From Chiloscyllium plagiosum (taxonomy: Eukaryota): a stretch of 64,000 nucleotides of DNA. The notes under the pieces were generated by a model. The model had not been told where the DNA came from, did not search any database, and saw only the letters and a program-made list of their open reading frames with translations. The position numbers and the translations under genes are program-made. Shown one piece after another: positions 12,784-25,120 of this stretch. Each line of letters begins with the position of its first letter. Position 1 is the stretch's first letter. The DNA lies in the NCBI RefSeq assembly GCF_004010195.1, contig NC_057719.1:16111744-16175743 (forward strand), written 5' to 3'.

Positions 12784-13448
12784 CTGAAACACAAAGAGCA
12801 CATCGGGCATTTCAAGAAAGAATAATAATTCAAGAATGATTATGGACTTTGATGATCATGTGTGCTAACCTCTGTTATAGGGTTGGTTCCCTGATCCAAG
12901 GGGAATGGTGTGGGGGCTTGCGAGATCAGAAAGCCCTGGGGAACCCAGAATACAGTATTGCCCTGTATGCTCTTGATATTGAACGTGTGTGTGTGCATGA
13001 CAGAGAGAGAGACATCATCAAATCAGTTACCTGCTAATTGATAGCTTCCAGTTAAATGGGAATGGGTCAACAAGGATTATTGGGTTAGCTGGGCTTGTAT
13101 CATAGGTACAGGCTATCAGTTGATATATTTAAAGTGATTAGATCACAGGGTATTATTAATGGAAGAGAGTTGCCAGGTTTCCATCAAGGTTAAAAGATCA
13201 TATTCCTCCCGCCCAAATACTGTCTTTAGTTAATTGACAAATAATTCTAATCACCTCTGCGTTAATTAATAAAAACGGCACACCTGACTCTTTCATTCTT
13301 CCATATACACCGTGCCCCTCCAGTTTTGTTTATTCTTTCCTTCACTGTCATCTCTATTATCTGCCCTTAAGTTGTGTCTTTCCATATTTTTAACTTTCCC
13401 AATCACTATCCTTTCTCTTGGGTCAATTAATTCAAGAGCATTTCATAC

Positions 13449-13619
13449 CTGACCCAGACAGAGTGCCTGGGTTTCCTGCAGATAGCGTGTGACGACCTCC
13501 TCCTTGGCTAACTTGCTTCATCATAAAACTAGGATTGTAGATTTCATCAAACTGTGCCCGGTGTTGATGTAAATTGGATAGCTCTTGTTTTCTTTCAGTA
13601 TATTGAGCTCTTGAGAAAC
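13449..13619 (-). CDS. TC2N: TC2N coding exon ((G)FSRAQYTERKQELSNLHQHRAQFDEIYNPSFMMKQVSQGGGRHTLSAGNPGTLSGS)
   Basis: Resembles TC2N SARASFGDRKVELS...DVYNPFYM...YGS. Acceptor ccggcag, donor CAG|gtatga; 171 nt, phase 1-1. Confidence 0.88.
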
Positions 13620-13941
13620 CTGCCGGTAAAAATGGATATCGACTATTTTAAAAGGTCGACTTGTTCAACACATTGGCTCAGCTGAGTAGTTATAAAAAAT
13701 ATTCATCTGCACATGATTGTTTCCAATATGCATCAAGAGTTGAGTTCAGAAGTAAGGATGTCTCGCTGCAGTTATACAAGACCTTGGCGAGACCACACTT
13801 GGAGCAGTGAGTGCGGTTTTGATCATCCTACCTAAAAAATACATGCCACAGAGAGAATGCAGCAGAGGTTCTCAAGGCACTCACTGGGGATGGCAGGACT
13901 ATTTTAGGAGGATAAATTGGATTGACTAGGCAATATTCACT

Positions 13942-14898
13942 AAGGTAAAAACAATGACTGCAGATACTGGAAACCAGATTCTGGATTAGTGGTGCTGAAA
14001 GAGCACAGCAGTTCAGGCAACATCCAAGAAGCAGCAAAATTGACGTTTCAGGCAAAAGCCCTTCATCAGGAATAAAGGCAGAGAGCCTGAAGCGTGGAGA
14101 GATAAGTTAGAGGAGGGTGGGTTGGGGAGAGATGAGGCGTTCTTCTTCCATGCGTCTGGTGGTGAGGGAGCAGCGGTGAAGGAGGCCCAGGACCTCCATG
14201 TCCTCGGCAGAGTGGGAGGGGGAATAGAAATGTTGGGCCACGGGGAGGTGTGGTTGATTGGTGCGGGTGTCCCGGAGATGTTCCCTAAAGCGCTCTGCTA
14301 GGAGGCGCCCAGTCTCCCCATTGTAGAAGAGACCGCATCGGGAGCAACGGATACAATAAATGATATTAGTGGATGTGCAGGTAAAACTTTGATGGATGTG
14401 GAAGGCTCCTTTAGGGCCTTGGATAGAGGTGAGGGAGGAGGTGTGGGCGCAGGTTTTACAGTTCCTGCGGTAGCAGGGGAAGGTGACAGGACGGGAGGGT
14501 GGGTTGTAGGGGGGCGTTGACCTGACCAGGTAGTCACGGAGGGAACGGTCTTTGCGGATGGCGGAAAGGGGTGGGAAAATATATCCCTGGTGGTGGGGTC
14601 TTTTTGGAGGTGGCGGAAATGTTGGCGGATGATTTGGTTTATGCGAAGGTTTGTAGGGTGGAAAGTGAGCACCAGGGGCGTTCCCAATTCCTCCGCCTCC
14701 GCCTCCGCCGTATCTGCTCCCAAGAGGACCAGTTCCACCACAGAACACACCAGATGGCCTCCTTCTTTAGAGACCGCAATTTCCCTTCCCACGTGGTTAA
14801 AGATGCCCTCCAACGCATCTCGTCCACATCGTGCATCTCCGCCCTCAGACCTCACCCCTCCAACCGTAACAAGGACAGAACGCTCCTGGTGCTCACCT
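13942..14898 (-). mobile_element. Penelope-like retroelement remnant with GIY-YIG endonuclease, terminal repeat and inverted 5' segment
   Basis: Translation PCYRRNCKTCAH...SFTCTSTNIIYCIRCSRCGLFYNGETGRLLAERFREH...VAQHF shows the PLE CCHH motif and GIY-YIG domain. Segment 14681-14898 is inverted. Hammerhead motif at about 14039-14073. Confidence 0.92.
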
Positions 14899-15399
14899 TG
14901 TTGGACTGAAGAGCCTGTTTCTACACTGTAGGGAATCTAATCAAAGGAATGGAGGGATGATGGACCCTGTGCAAGCAGAACGGATTAATTTAATTTGGTA
15001 TTTTATTCAGCACGACATCATGGGCCAAAGAGCTCGTTCCTGTGCTGTATTATTCTATGTTCTGTGTTCTAGGAGAACTGATAGAAGTGTATAAAATTCT
15101 AATTGGGTTAGACAGATTAGATGCACAGACAATGTTTCTCCTGGTTGGGGAGAAGCAGGGATTAGCGTCTCAGGTCTAGCAGCATCTATGGAGTGTAATC
15201 AGAATTAACATTTGGCTCAATTGACCCTATCTCCGTTCTGAGGAAGTGTCACTCAACACAAACCATTAACTTTGATTTCTCTCCACAGATGTTGCCAGAC
15301 CTGCTGAGCTTTTCCAGCAATTTCTATTTTTGTCTCTGATTTACAGCATTTGCAATTCTTCCAACTTTTTTTAAAGATGGCATTAAACAGTTTTTAAAA

Positions 15400-17060
15400 A
15401 AGCATATACCTGTAATTGCATTGGTCAAAAGATTGGATAAAATATTAAAAGACAGCAAAGAATGATTAAAAGGGTAGTAAGGAGGGGGAAAATTAGAGTA
15501 CAAGAGAAAGCTGGCTAGAAATACAGACACACAGTGTTTCTATACATATGGATGAAAAAAAGGAGTTAACAAAGTGATTATAGATCCTAAGAAAAGTGAG
15601 GGAAAATAAGGAGATGGCGGATGAATTGAACAGGTATTTTGTTTTAATCTTCAATACAGGGGATACAAAAGACAACCCACAAATAGCTGTAAATCAGGTC
15701 AAAAATCAAACAACACCAAGTTAAAGTCCAACAGGTCTATCTGATATTGCAAGCTTGGAGAAAGCTTTCCATTTCAAATAAATCTGTTGGACTCTAACCT
15801 GATGCCATTTGACTTTTGACGTTGTCTATTTCAGACCAACTCCAGCATCTCCCCATCATAGCTGTAAATCATGAAAGAGAACAGAAAGATGAATTCAAGA
15901 AAACCAAAATCACCACAGACTTTAGTTGAGCAAATTGTTGAAGCTGTGGACTGACAATTCCCATGTCCTGGTAGATTCCATCTTAGGGTCTTCAAAGAAA
16001 TGGCTAGTGAGATAGTTGATGTGTTGGTTTTAATATTCGAAACTCCCCCTTATTCAGGGAAGGTTCTATTCAAGTCAAAAATAATGACTATAGTTCCTTT
16101 CGTTAAAAAGGGGTGGAGACAGAAAGCAAGAATCTACAGGCCAGTTCACATGTGCCATAGGAAAGATGTTAGAAGCTAATATTAAAAACATCATAGCAGG
16201 GCACACAACAAAATTCAAAATAATCAGGCACAATCAACTTTTAATGAAAAGGAAATCATGTTTTTCCACTTTTTTGAGAGGGTAACATGTGCTATGGATA
16301 ATGGGGGGGGGGGGCACTGGATGTAATTTGTTAGATTCCCAGAAGGTGTAAATTATCACACGAAAGGCTATTGAAACAAGTAAAAGCTGTAGAGATTTTT
16401 AAAAATTCATTCATGGGATGAGGGAATCTCTGACTAAGTCAGTATTTATTGCTATCCCCAATTGCCCAGAGGGCAGTTAAGAGTCATTGTTGTGGGTCTG
16501 GAGTCACATATATGTCAGACCAGGTGAGGATGGCGGTTTCCCACTCTCAAGAACATTAGTGAACCAGATAGGATTTTCTGACAATCGACAATGAATTCAT
16601 GGAATCACTAGACTCTTACTTCAAGACTTTTATTGAATTTAAATGCCACCATCTACCATGGCAGGTTTGCAACACTGATTCCCAGAACATTACCTGGGTC
16701 TCTGAATTAACAGTCCAGTGATGATATCACCAGGCCATCGTCTCCCCATCAGGTCAGGGGATATTAACATAATGGCATGGAAACAAGATTGGCTGGCTAA
16801 CAGAATCTGACGGTAGACATAAATGTGTCTTTCTTTGGTTGGTAAGATGTAATGAGTTACATGTCACATGGACAGATGCCAGGGTCTCAACCTTCTAGAA
16901 GTTATATAAATGACTTTGATGAAGTTGGAAATTCGCTAGGAAAGAAACAATAGGTAGGGAAGCAAGCTATGAAAAAGACATGAGGAAGCTATTAAGGTTA
17001 AGTAAGGTTAAATTGGTTAAGTAAGTAAATAAAGATCTGAAAACTGAGGTATAGTGCAGG
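15400..17060 (+). mobile_element. Old degenerate CR1 LINE with nested PLE (about 15700-15860) and SINE (16406-16745) insertions
   Basis: CR1-like decayed motifs (gagatggcggatgaattgaacaggtattttg, aatctacaggccagtt, ggaaatcatgttt) interrupted by other repeats. Confidence 0.7.
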
Positions 17061-18311
17061 TCAGTACGTCAGTGTGCCTTAAAGAAACATGCTCATGATA
17101 TCAACACTACATCATAACTGGTGACCTAAGGGCATAAAGATCTCAAACTCCACCTTATCTCAAATCACTTGAAAAATGACATTTGACTTGAAGCATGCTC
17201 CTCTGTTGTAAACCAAAAAATTATTATTAGCCCAAATGGGTGTGCTTGGGAATGTAATATATGTAATAAATGTTTTTGGATTCTTCATTACCTTGATATC
17301 CATGACCAGATTTTTTTAATGTTATTGAAGATGACCTAAGCATAGGTGCATCAGCTATAGCATACTGTTTTAGGAAAACTCACACAAGTAAGAAGTGTCT
17401 TAACTGAAACATAAGATCCTATGGGTCTACAGGGTGCCTGCAGAAAGAATGTTTCCTTTTGGGTTTTTTTAAGTCATCCAAAGCACGTTGTCTTTGCTGG
17501 CTGGGCCAGTTGGTGGTGAGCTGCCTTCTTGAACCACTGCAATCTATTTGTGTAGGTACAACAACAATTCTGTTAGGGACTGAGTTATAGGATTTTGACC
17601 CAGTGACAGTACAAGGTCCAGAACCAGGGGTTACTATTCAAAATTAAGGGATAACCCAGTTAATACAGAGATAGAGAGAATTTTATTTTTCTTCACAGAG
17701 ACTTTGGATATCTTTTTCTCAAAATGTAGTGAAAACTGAAACCTTGAATATTTTTAAGTTAGATTCTTGATAAGGAAGCGAGTATAAGATGGTAAGAGGA
17801 TAGGTAGGAATGTAGAATAATCAATCAGATTGGCCACGGTCTTATTAAATAGTGGAGAAGGCTTGAGGACCAAGTTGCATTTTCCTGCTCTGAATGAGTA
17901 TGTTTGTATATTTCTATGTATCCATGTTCTTGTCTCTCCATATCTGTATACTTTCCTCCAATACTATAACCAGCCCACTCCAAACTCTCCATTTCTCTCT
18001 CTGGTGTCTCCTCTGCCCTTTGCCCGATCAGTGATGGCTTTGCCTTTTGGACAGCCAGGTCTCACACTCTGAAATTCCATCCAGTTATCCCTTCAAATCT
18101 TCACTCAGCTTTCAAATGTCTCAGCGTTCACTTTTTACACCAAATGAAACGACTTAGTCATTCTTCTATGTTGCTCTAATTGAATGCAAATTATTGCTGT
18201 TGTCATGATTAGGATCAGTGTAAAGATTACAGTCAGAAGTTAAAGTAGAACATTCTCAACAATTAAACAAACATTCAAACAATCAGAGCAATGTCTATGT
18301 TGTTGGCATAC

Positions 18312-18503
18312 CTTGCGCAGAGTCTTCATACTTCCAGTTAAAACCTGGTTGTATATAAGTCGGTGTTAAATTTGGTACCACAAAGCGTACCTCCTTACCA
18401 TCAGGAGGCAGTTTGGACAGCAAGATGTCCTCAGTAAATCTGAGCTTCTTCTGGCTAGCACTGGACTCTGGTTTAGAAGATGGACTTGCAGGCTCTGTAG
18501 GAA
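18312..18503 (-). CDS. TC2N: TC2N coding exon ((V)PTEPASPSSKPESSASQKKLRFTEDILLSKLPPDGKEVRFVVPNLTPTYIQPGFNWKYEDSAQ)
   Basis: TEDILLSKLPPDGKEVRFVVP...YIQP matches the TC2N motif [21 protein letters not shown]...YIQP. Acceptor cttctcag, donor AAG|gtatg; 192 nt, phase 1-1. A second in-phase cag acceptor lies 9 nt inside. Confidence 0.9.
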
Positions 18504-18920
18504 CTGAGAAGATTTTAACTTTGTTTGATTTTTGCAATAATTATTCTTCATTATCAACCTTGTTAATATTTGAGCCATTTGTGTATCAACACTACCAAAA
18601 TTGTAATAATACTTAATGAACAAAGCAATAACTAGCAATTTAATTCTGTTCTATTCATCTTTTTTTTAAAAATGTCAGACAAAAATCTCTCCGGCTACTC
18701 TGACAATTTTTAACACTTCGCACTGAGTTCATGACACCAACAGCCTCCTATTGGCCCCTGGGCTAAGTGATGACAAGGAAGCGAGTATAAGATTACAAGA
18801 GGATAGGTAGGAATGTAGAATAATCAGGTTGGCCAAGGTCTTATTAAATAGTGGAGAAGGCTTGAGGGCCAAGTTGCATTTTCCTGCTCCGAATGAGTAT
18901 GTTTGTATATTTCTATTTAT

Positions 18921-19230
18921 CCTCCATCGCCAGACCATAGCAACATGACGTTTGGAGGAAGAGCACCTCATCTTCCACCTAGGAACCCTCCAACCACAAG
19001 GGACGAAAGGCTTAACAGACAATCAATTTTTCAATGTATAATTTCAGTTACATCACACTGTAAATTTTTGCTATAAATTCTGTGTTAGGATTGAGCCCTC
19101 CACTATCACCTGATGAAGGAGCGTCGCTCCAAAAGCTAGTGTGCTTCCAATTAAACCTGTTGGACTATAACCTGGTGTTGTTTGATTTTTAACTTTGTAC
19201 ACCCCAGTCCAACACCAGCATCTCCAAATC
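18921..19230 (+). mobile_element. PLE fragments: GIY-YIG C-terminal piece plus family-B terminal repeat with hammerhead motif
   Basis: LEEEHLIFHLGTLQPQG-like coding remnant, then TATAAAT...CAC-CTGATGA-AGGAGC-GTC-GCTCC-AAAAGCTA-GTG. Confidence 0.75.
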
Positions 19231-19860
19231 ACTTCCTCAAGTAAGGAGACCAAAACTTGACACAGTACTCCCGATGTGTTCTTACCACTGCCTTATATAA
19301 CTGTAACAATACTTCTTTACTTTTGTAATCCAGTTCTTCTGCAATAAGTGCCAGGATTTCATTTGCCTTTTTATTATATGCTGCACCTGCATACCCATTT
19401 CCTGTAATTCACACACAGAGATGCCCAGATCCTTCTGCAGTAACACACTTTGAATCAACTTCTTATTTAAATAATAATTTGCCCTTTTATTTTTCTGGCC
19501 AAAATGGACACCTTTGCGTTTATCCACATTAAACTCCATTTGCCTGATTCTGACCCATTCTCCTAGCCTATCAATATCCATTTGTAAACTCTTTATCTCC
19601 TCATCACTGCCTGCTTCTCCACCTATTTCAGTATCATCCGCAAATTTCACTATGTTACACTCTGTCCCTGCTTGCACATCATTTATACAGATTGTAAATA
19701 GTTTAGATCTGAGAACTGAACCCTGCGGCATCCCAGTTACAGTTCGCCATCCAGAGAAGGACTCATTTATCCCAATCTACTATTCAGTATTAACCAGCCA
19801 ATCCTCTATCCAAGCCAATACTCTACCCTTAACCATCTGGGATCTATCCTTCTGGATCAA
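19231..19860 (-). mobile_element. CR1 LINE RT fragment
   Basis: ORF 19282-19731 reads PQGSVL...FTICIND...KFADDT...QMEFNVDK. Confidence 0.9.
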
Positions 19861-19925
19861 TCTTATATATCAGTTACTACATTGTGACCACAAAATAAAA
19901 TTTAACATGAGAAAGAGAACCCTAC

Positions 19926-20014
19926 CTTTAATTTTGCTGTCATCTCCTTTGTTGTCCTTTGAAAATGATTTACAGCAATTCTTTAGAAAATCTGCTGTGA
20001 GCCCCAGTATGACA
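19926..20014 (-). CDS. TC2N: TC2N exon encoding the conserved N-terminus (VILGLTADFLKNCCKSFSKDNKGDDSKIK)
   Basis: Acceptor ttgcttag and donor G|gtaggg; 89 nt. LTADFLKNCC aligns with the mammalian TC2N N-terminus MATEFIKSCC as recalled. Ends in phase 1, compatible with the next exon. Confidence 0.8.
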
Positions 20015-20617
20015 CTAAGCAACAATCCAACGAAAACTGGAATAAGCAACCAAAGCGATGCTGGAAGAGATTGGGATGTTAAGTTTTAAGAGAAATGCAG
20101 TGTAAGCTATGCTTGAGCATTTGCTCAATATAGGCTTACAAAGAGAATCATATTAGCAAGTCTATGGAGAACCAGCAATGAGGAATGAGCTAGGGCAAGT
20201 GGAGTCAAAAGGTCGCTCTTTCAAGAAGTCAGAACAAGCTTGAAGAGTTTGTGTTAATTTACTCTTCTCAAGTTAGTGTTTTTTTCCATTGGGTGATGCA
20301 TCTATTCTACATTACCTGTTATTCATAAACAGTTTAGTGGAAATTTACTTTTCTTTTATTTTCTGAAGACACTAAGCTTTTAGTTCAGGTGATAGGTTTC
20401 AAGGATATTATTCATTTATATTCAAAGAGAACTCTCAACTTCACTGTCAATGGAGTGTATAAAATAATTGATCTGATTTAATTAGTTCTACATCCTGCCA
20501 GAATGAAAAAGTTATGCAGAATAGATGAGTTCACAAATGTCCAATAGCTATGTTCAGGTGAACAAATATATTGTTCTGCACAATGAAATAGATAACATGA
20601 GGTATATACACCATCAA

Positions 20618-20928
20618 TGTGATGGCTCAGTGGTTTGCACTGCTGCCTCACAGTGCCAGGGACCCAGGTTCGATTCCAGCCTCAGGCGACTGTCTGTGTG
20701 AAGCTTGCATATTCTCCCCATGTCTGTGTGGGTTTCCTCTGGGTGCTCCAGTTTCCTCCCACAATCCAAAGATTGCAGGTTAGGTAAGTTGGCCATGCTA
20801 AGCTGCCCATAATGTATAGTTTAGGTGCATTAGGGTAGGGGAATGGATCTGGGTGGATTACTTTTCAGAAGGTCAGTATGGACTTGTTGGGCCAAAGGGT
20901 ATGTTTCCACACTGTAAGAATTCTATGA
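20618..20928 (+). mobile_element. HE1-type shark tRNA-derived SINE
   Basis: A box TGGCTCAGTGG, B box GGTTCGATTCC, core GTGTGGGTTTCCTC, and a CR1-like tail ending GTTTCCACACTGTA. Confidence 0.88.
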
Positions 20929-21824
20929 ACTTTGACATTTTCAATTAGCTGATTAATAAATTAGAAATCTAAACAAGATTTTGTTGAGGTGGTCATCAGG
21001 AAGGCAAATCAAATGCTAAGATATATAATTGGTATTTAATTGAAAGATAATACAAGCTGATTTCAAATCGATTATCAGTGAATATGCTTTTCAAATATCA
21101 CGAAACAATTTTGACATATAATTCTGGATAAGGATAAGTTGGAGATTATGTAGGGGACAGGATGATGAGAGATAGGGAGAAACCCCCTCCCAACCCCTGG
21201 AGATAAATATATTTTTAGAGTTCGGGATAGGGAGAAAGAATGGCATTGATGAGGTAATAGCCATTTCAATATTTAACTTTATTATATTTACTGTGAAGGA
21301 TGTACAACACTGTGTTCTTATTCAAATGGAATTTTTGATGCAACCCCAAAATATCAGATAGCCAGATTTCTGATATCACCTCCCCTATAATTAACCAAAG
21401 AGAGATGATTACGCTACATCAGGCAAGGAATAATAAGTGATCAACTTCCTTAAATGCAAAAGGTCATAAGATCAGCAAATGGTGGATTCTACTTTTTGAT
21501 TGGTGACAGAAAGTCTGTCATTCAACCTTTCTGACTTTGTAATTTGCACTAGTATTAGCTCAAGGTCTGTTATCAACAAATCATGTGTACAAATGGAGAC
21601 ATGAATGTTGGTGTAATAACAGTGCACACTTATAAAGCAAACTCATAAGTAGTTAGATTTGTAATTGTTATCAACACAAGGATGTTAACCTCCCACTGTA
21701 AAATATATGATAGAAATATAGCAGCCTATTTCTGACAGATTACAGCCACTTTTTCCTTTTATACATGATCTTAAATGCACTTCAGTATTAATCAGCAGTT
21801 ATTGTAAATATAAAGTAAAAAGTA

Positions 21825-22012
21825 AAGCCATAGTTCCAGGGGACGTCAGGGCTGCTCTCTCATTACCCAGGAATTCAACTCAGGTCCTGGAGAAATGAGG
21901 GAGCAGCCCTGTGGTCCTCATTAGAGAGAGCTGACTGGTGGAGAGTTTAACCTGAGGGTCACCATACCTCAGGCAAGAGGAGAAGTTGAGAAGATGGGGC
22001 CTTCATGGTGAT
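21825..22012. mobile_element. Probable SINE fragment with internal inverted duplication
   Basis: GC-richer block in AT-rich DNA; CAGGGCTGCTCTCTCATT is followed by its near reverse complement AATGAGGGAGCAGCCCTG. Confidence 0.5.
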
Positions 22013-24251
22013 CTAATTTAGTAATAGGCTGATGTTCAAGTTATATAATTCTGATATCTAATTCATAAATATGCTTAATTTTAATGCCTCAAGAAAGAAA
22101 TCAATACAAATCCTGTAGTGTGTAACTGTGATTAGAAAATACATCAATATTTATAATTGGTCACAAAGCACTTCACGAGGCACCTAATAACAGGAAAACG
22201 GGATGGCATCTAACCCAGATTACTCTTCCAGGTTATTCTAGAGCAGTGCAAAGAGTGAGACACTGAACTCGTAACAAACATTTCCCTCATTAAAACCGAA
22301 CTCCTAAGTCTTAGTGGAATCCAGCTTTGATATCAGTCACTTACCCGGTGAAGGTGTAACCATCTGTAGACCTGCCATTCTCCCAGATACTCAGACTCCA
22401 AGACTTTTTGGAATTATTTTTAAAGTAAGTTTTGAGAAGATTTGTAGCTCAGGTTGAGGTTCTGGATGTATTTTTAAAGTTATGAATGTTCTCTGCATAT
22501 CACAGGACACCTGTATAAATAAAAGGAATGTTTCTTTATTTTCAAAAAAAGCTTAAGTAGTTTTCAAAGGCATTGAGTATTGTATTAGAAAATCATAAGA
22601 TTAATGTAATCCAATAACTAAAATACAATTGCAAAATAATAAAATGCATATTGTTCAAACTGGAACGGACACCACAGGGACCAGCAACAATGAGTTATTG
22701 CTCTGTATACAAAAAAAAATTACAGTACACAATACATATTAAATTAAATTCAATTGAAGTCAGTGATATTTTGTGTTAGAACCCATAATAAATCAAGGGA
22801 AAATATCCTTTAGAAATTTGCACTTAAAAAGCAGGTGCTTCACTCAACTGGTATTTATCTTTGGTAGCAGTTCTGAAGAAGAATCACATAAATATTAACT
22901 CTGTTCACTCTCCAGAAGATGACAGAACAGCTACATTGCTCCAGAATGTCACGTTTAGCTTTGGATTTCCAGCTTGTCCAGTACATTTTTTTTATTACAG
23001 GAGTTACCTTTGCTGCATTGTAAGATTTAAAATCCTTGCCATGCTGCAATCATAGGTTGGAATTCCAATGCAGTACTGAGTGTAATTCGTGGTCAATAGT
23101 ACTGGTTAGGTCAGACATTGAACTAGTGAGATAAGGCTCCAGTTTAAGTAGCTGTTAAAATCTGAAGACATTATTCAAAAAGAAATACATTCTCGCTGCA
23201 TCCTGGCAACATTACTCCCTAAATGGACAGAGTTGAAAATCAACATCAAATACCAGTTTTTCTTATTATTTTTCCCACAGTTTCACTAAGTGACTGCTAT
23301 ATTTGATCTGTACAACATTATTACATTACAAAGCATAACTGAAGTGGGGTGGTGGTGATGAGCAAGAAGTAAGACATTGATTGACATCTTCATTGGGTCG
23401 TGGATTGTTTCATTATGACTTCATTTGTTTAATTTAATTCTTTGTTATTATATGATGTTCTTGGCTATATAATGCAAGCTGAGAGCATTCCGTATCTTCA
23501 GTTTCCAGAACACACAAGTAATCCAATGATGCTAATTAGTCAAGCGAAATGTTCTCTTTATCCAATCATTCATTTTCTTACAATGGCTTCAGTATGCAGC
23601 CAAAGAAATTTAATGCAAAAAAAACTCAAGATTTTGCTCTTGCGTTTAATGTTTCAGAACATGTATATCAATGTCCTATCAGTCTTCATTCTTTGCTGGT
23701 TTTTGCCGTCACTTCCCAAGATAGTAGGTGAGAGCTGAACTGTTTAGAGTTCAACCAAAGGCTGGTGTTTCAAGGATTTAGAAATTCAATAAAATTGGAA
23801 AGTTTGTGGAGTAAAATTACATTTTTATAGGTTTAGTACAGAATCGTATTTATCTAACATAAATGCATAGCAATAAGGACTTATCTCAAGGAGACCTACA
23901 AGTGCCCATCATTACGAATCCAGGCTGATACTGATTCTAATTAACAGTACTGGCTTTGGTAAGTGGTCAAAGAATATATACATTGACCTTTTTAGCTATG
24001 GACTTGCCTTGGGTGAGAAAAACTCATTAACTCATTTAACCATGAGCTTGCCTTTGTGGAAAAAAAGGCTGTTAATATTTTAATGGAAGTGGCAAAGGCA
24101 CTTGCCAAAGGTAGCTGAAAACCTGTTTGAACAGAACAGCAAGGTCCAATATTTTGCTAAATATTATGCCAAGCAAACATGTCTTAAAAATCAATCTAAT
24201 AATTGTTCAGTTAGCATAACAATTGTTATTGTACACAAATAAATGTTTTTT

Positions 24252-25120
24252 TAGTAGACAGCGAAGGTTTCCTCAGAGTGCAACAGGACTTTGATCAGAT
24301 GGGCAAATGGGCCGATAAGTGGCAGATGGAGCTTAATTTGGATAAATGTGAGGTACTGCATTTTGGTAAGGCAAATCAGGGTAGTTCTTATACACCTAAT
24401 GGTAAGGCCCTGGGGAGTATTGCTGAACAAAGAGAACTTGAGGTGCATGTTCATAGTTCCTTGAAAGTACAGTTGCAGGTAGACAGAGTTGTGAAGAAGG
24501 CATTTGCCACACTTGCCTTTATAAGTCAGTGCATTGAGTATAGGAGTTGGGAGATCATCTTGCAGCTGTACAGGACATTGGTATGACCACTTTTGGAATA
24601 TTGCATTCAGTTCTGGTCTCCCTGTTATAGGAAAGACATTGTTAAACTTGAAAGGGTTAACAAATATGTTGCCAGTGTTGGAGAGTTTGAGGTATAGGGA
24701 GAGGCTGAATCAGCTGGGGCTATTTTCCCTGGAGCATTGATGACCTTGTAGAGGTTTATAAAATCTTGAGGGGCATGGATAGTGTTAAGAGTCAAGCTCT
24801 TTTCCTCAGGTTAGGGGTGTCCAATACTAGTGGGCATAGGTTTAAGGTGAGAGGGAAAAAATATAAAAGGGACTTAAGGGGCAACTTCTTCACACGGGGG
24901 TGGTACGTGTAAGGAATGAGCTATCAGAAGAAGTGGTGGAGGCTGGTACAATTGCAGCATTTAAAAGGCATCTGAATTGGTATATGAAAAGGTAGGGTTT
25001 AGAGGGACATGGGCCAAAAACTGGCAAATGGAACTAGATTAATTCAGGATATCTGGTCAGCATGGATGGGTTGGACCGAAGGGTCTGTTTCCCTGCTGTA
25101 CATGTCTACGACTCTATGAC
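24252..25120 (+). mobile_element. 5'-truncated CR1 (HER1-like) LINE 3' end
   Basis: ORF WADKWQMELNLDKCEVLHFG...LYRTLV; ends in a CTATGACT-type tail. Confidence 0.93.

Noticed and set aside
18504..18638. Upstream extension of the TC2N exon suggested by the ORF track
   Set aside because: An in-frame TAA lies just upstream and the acceptor at 18504 gives the correct phase.
20618..20690. tRNA gene
   Set aside because: The A and B boxes belong to a SINE head followed by SINE core and tail.
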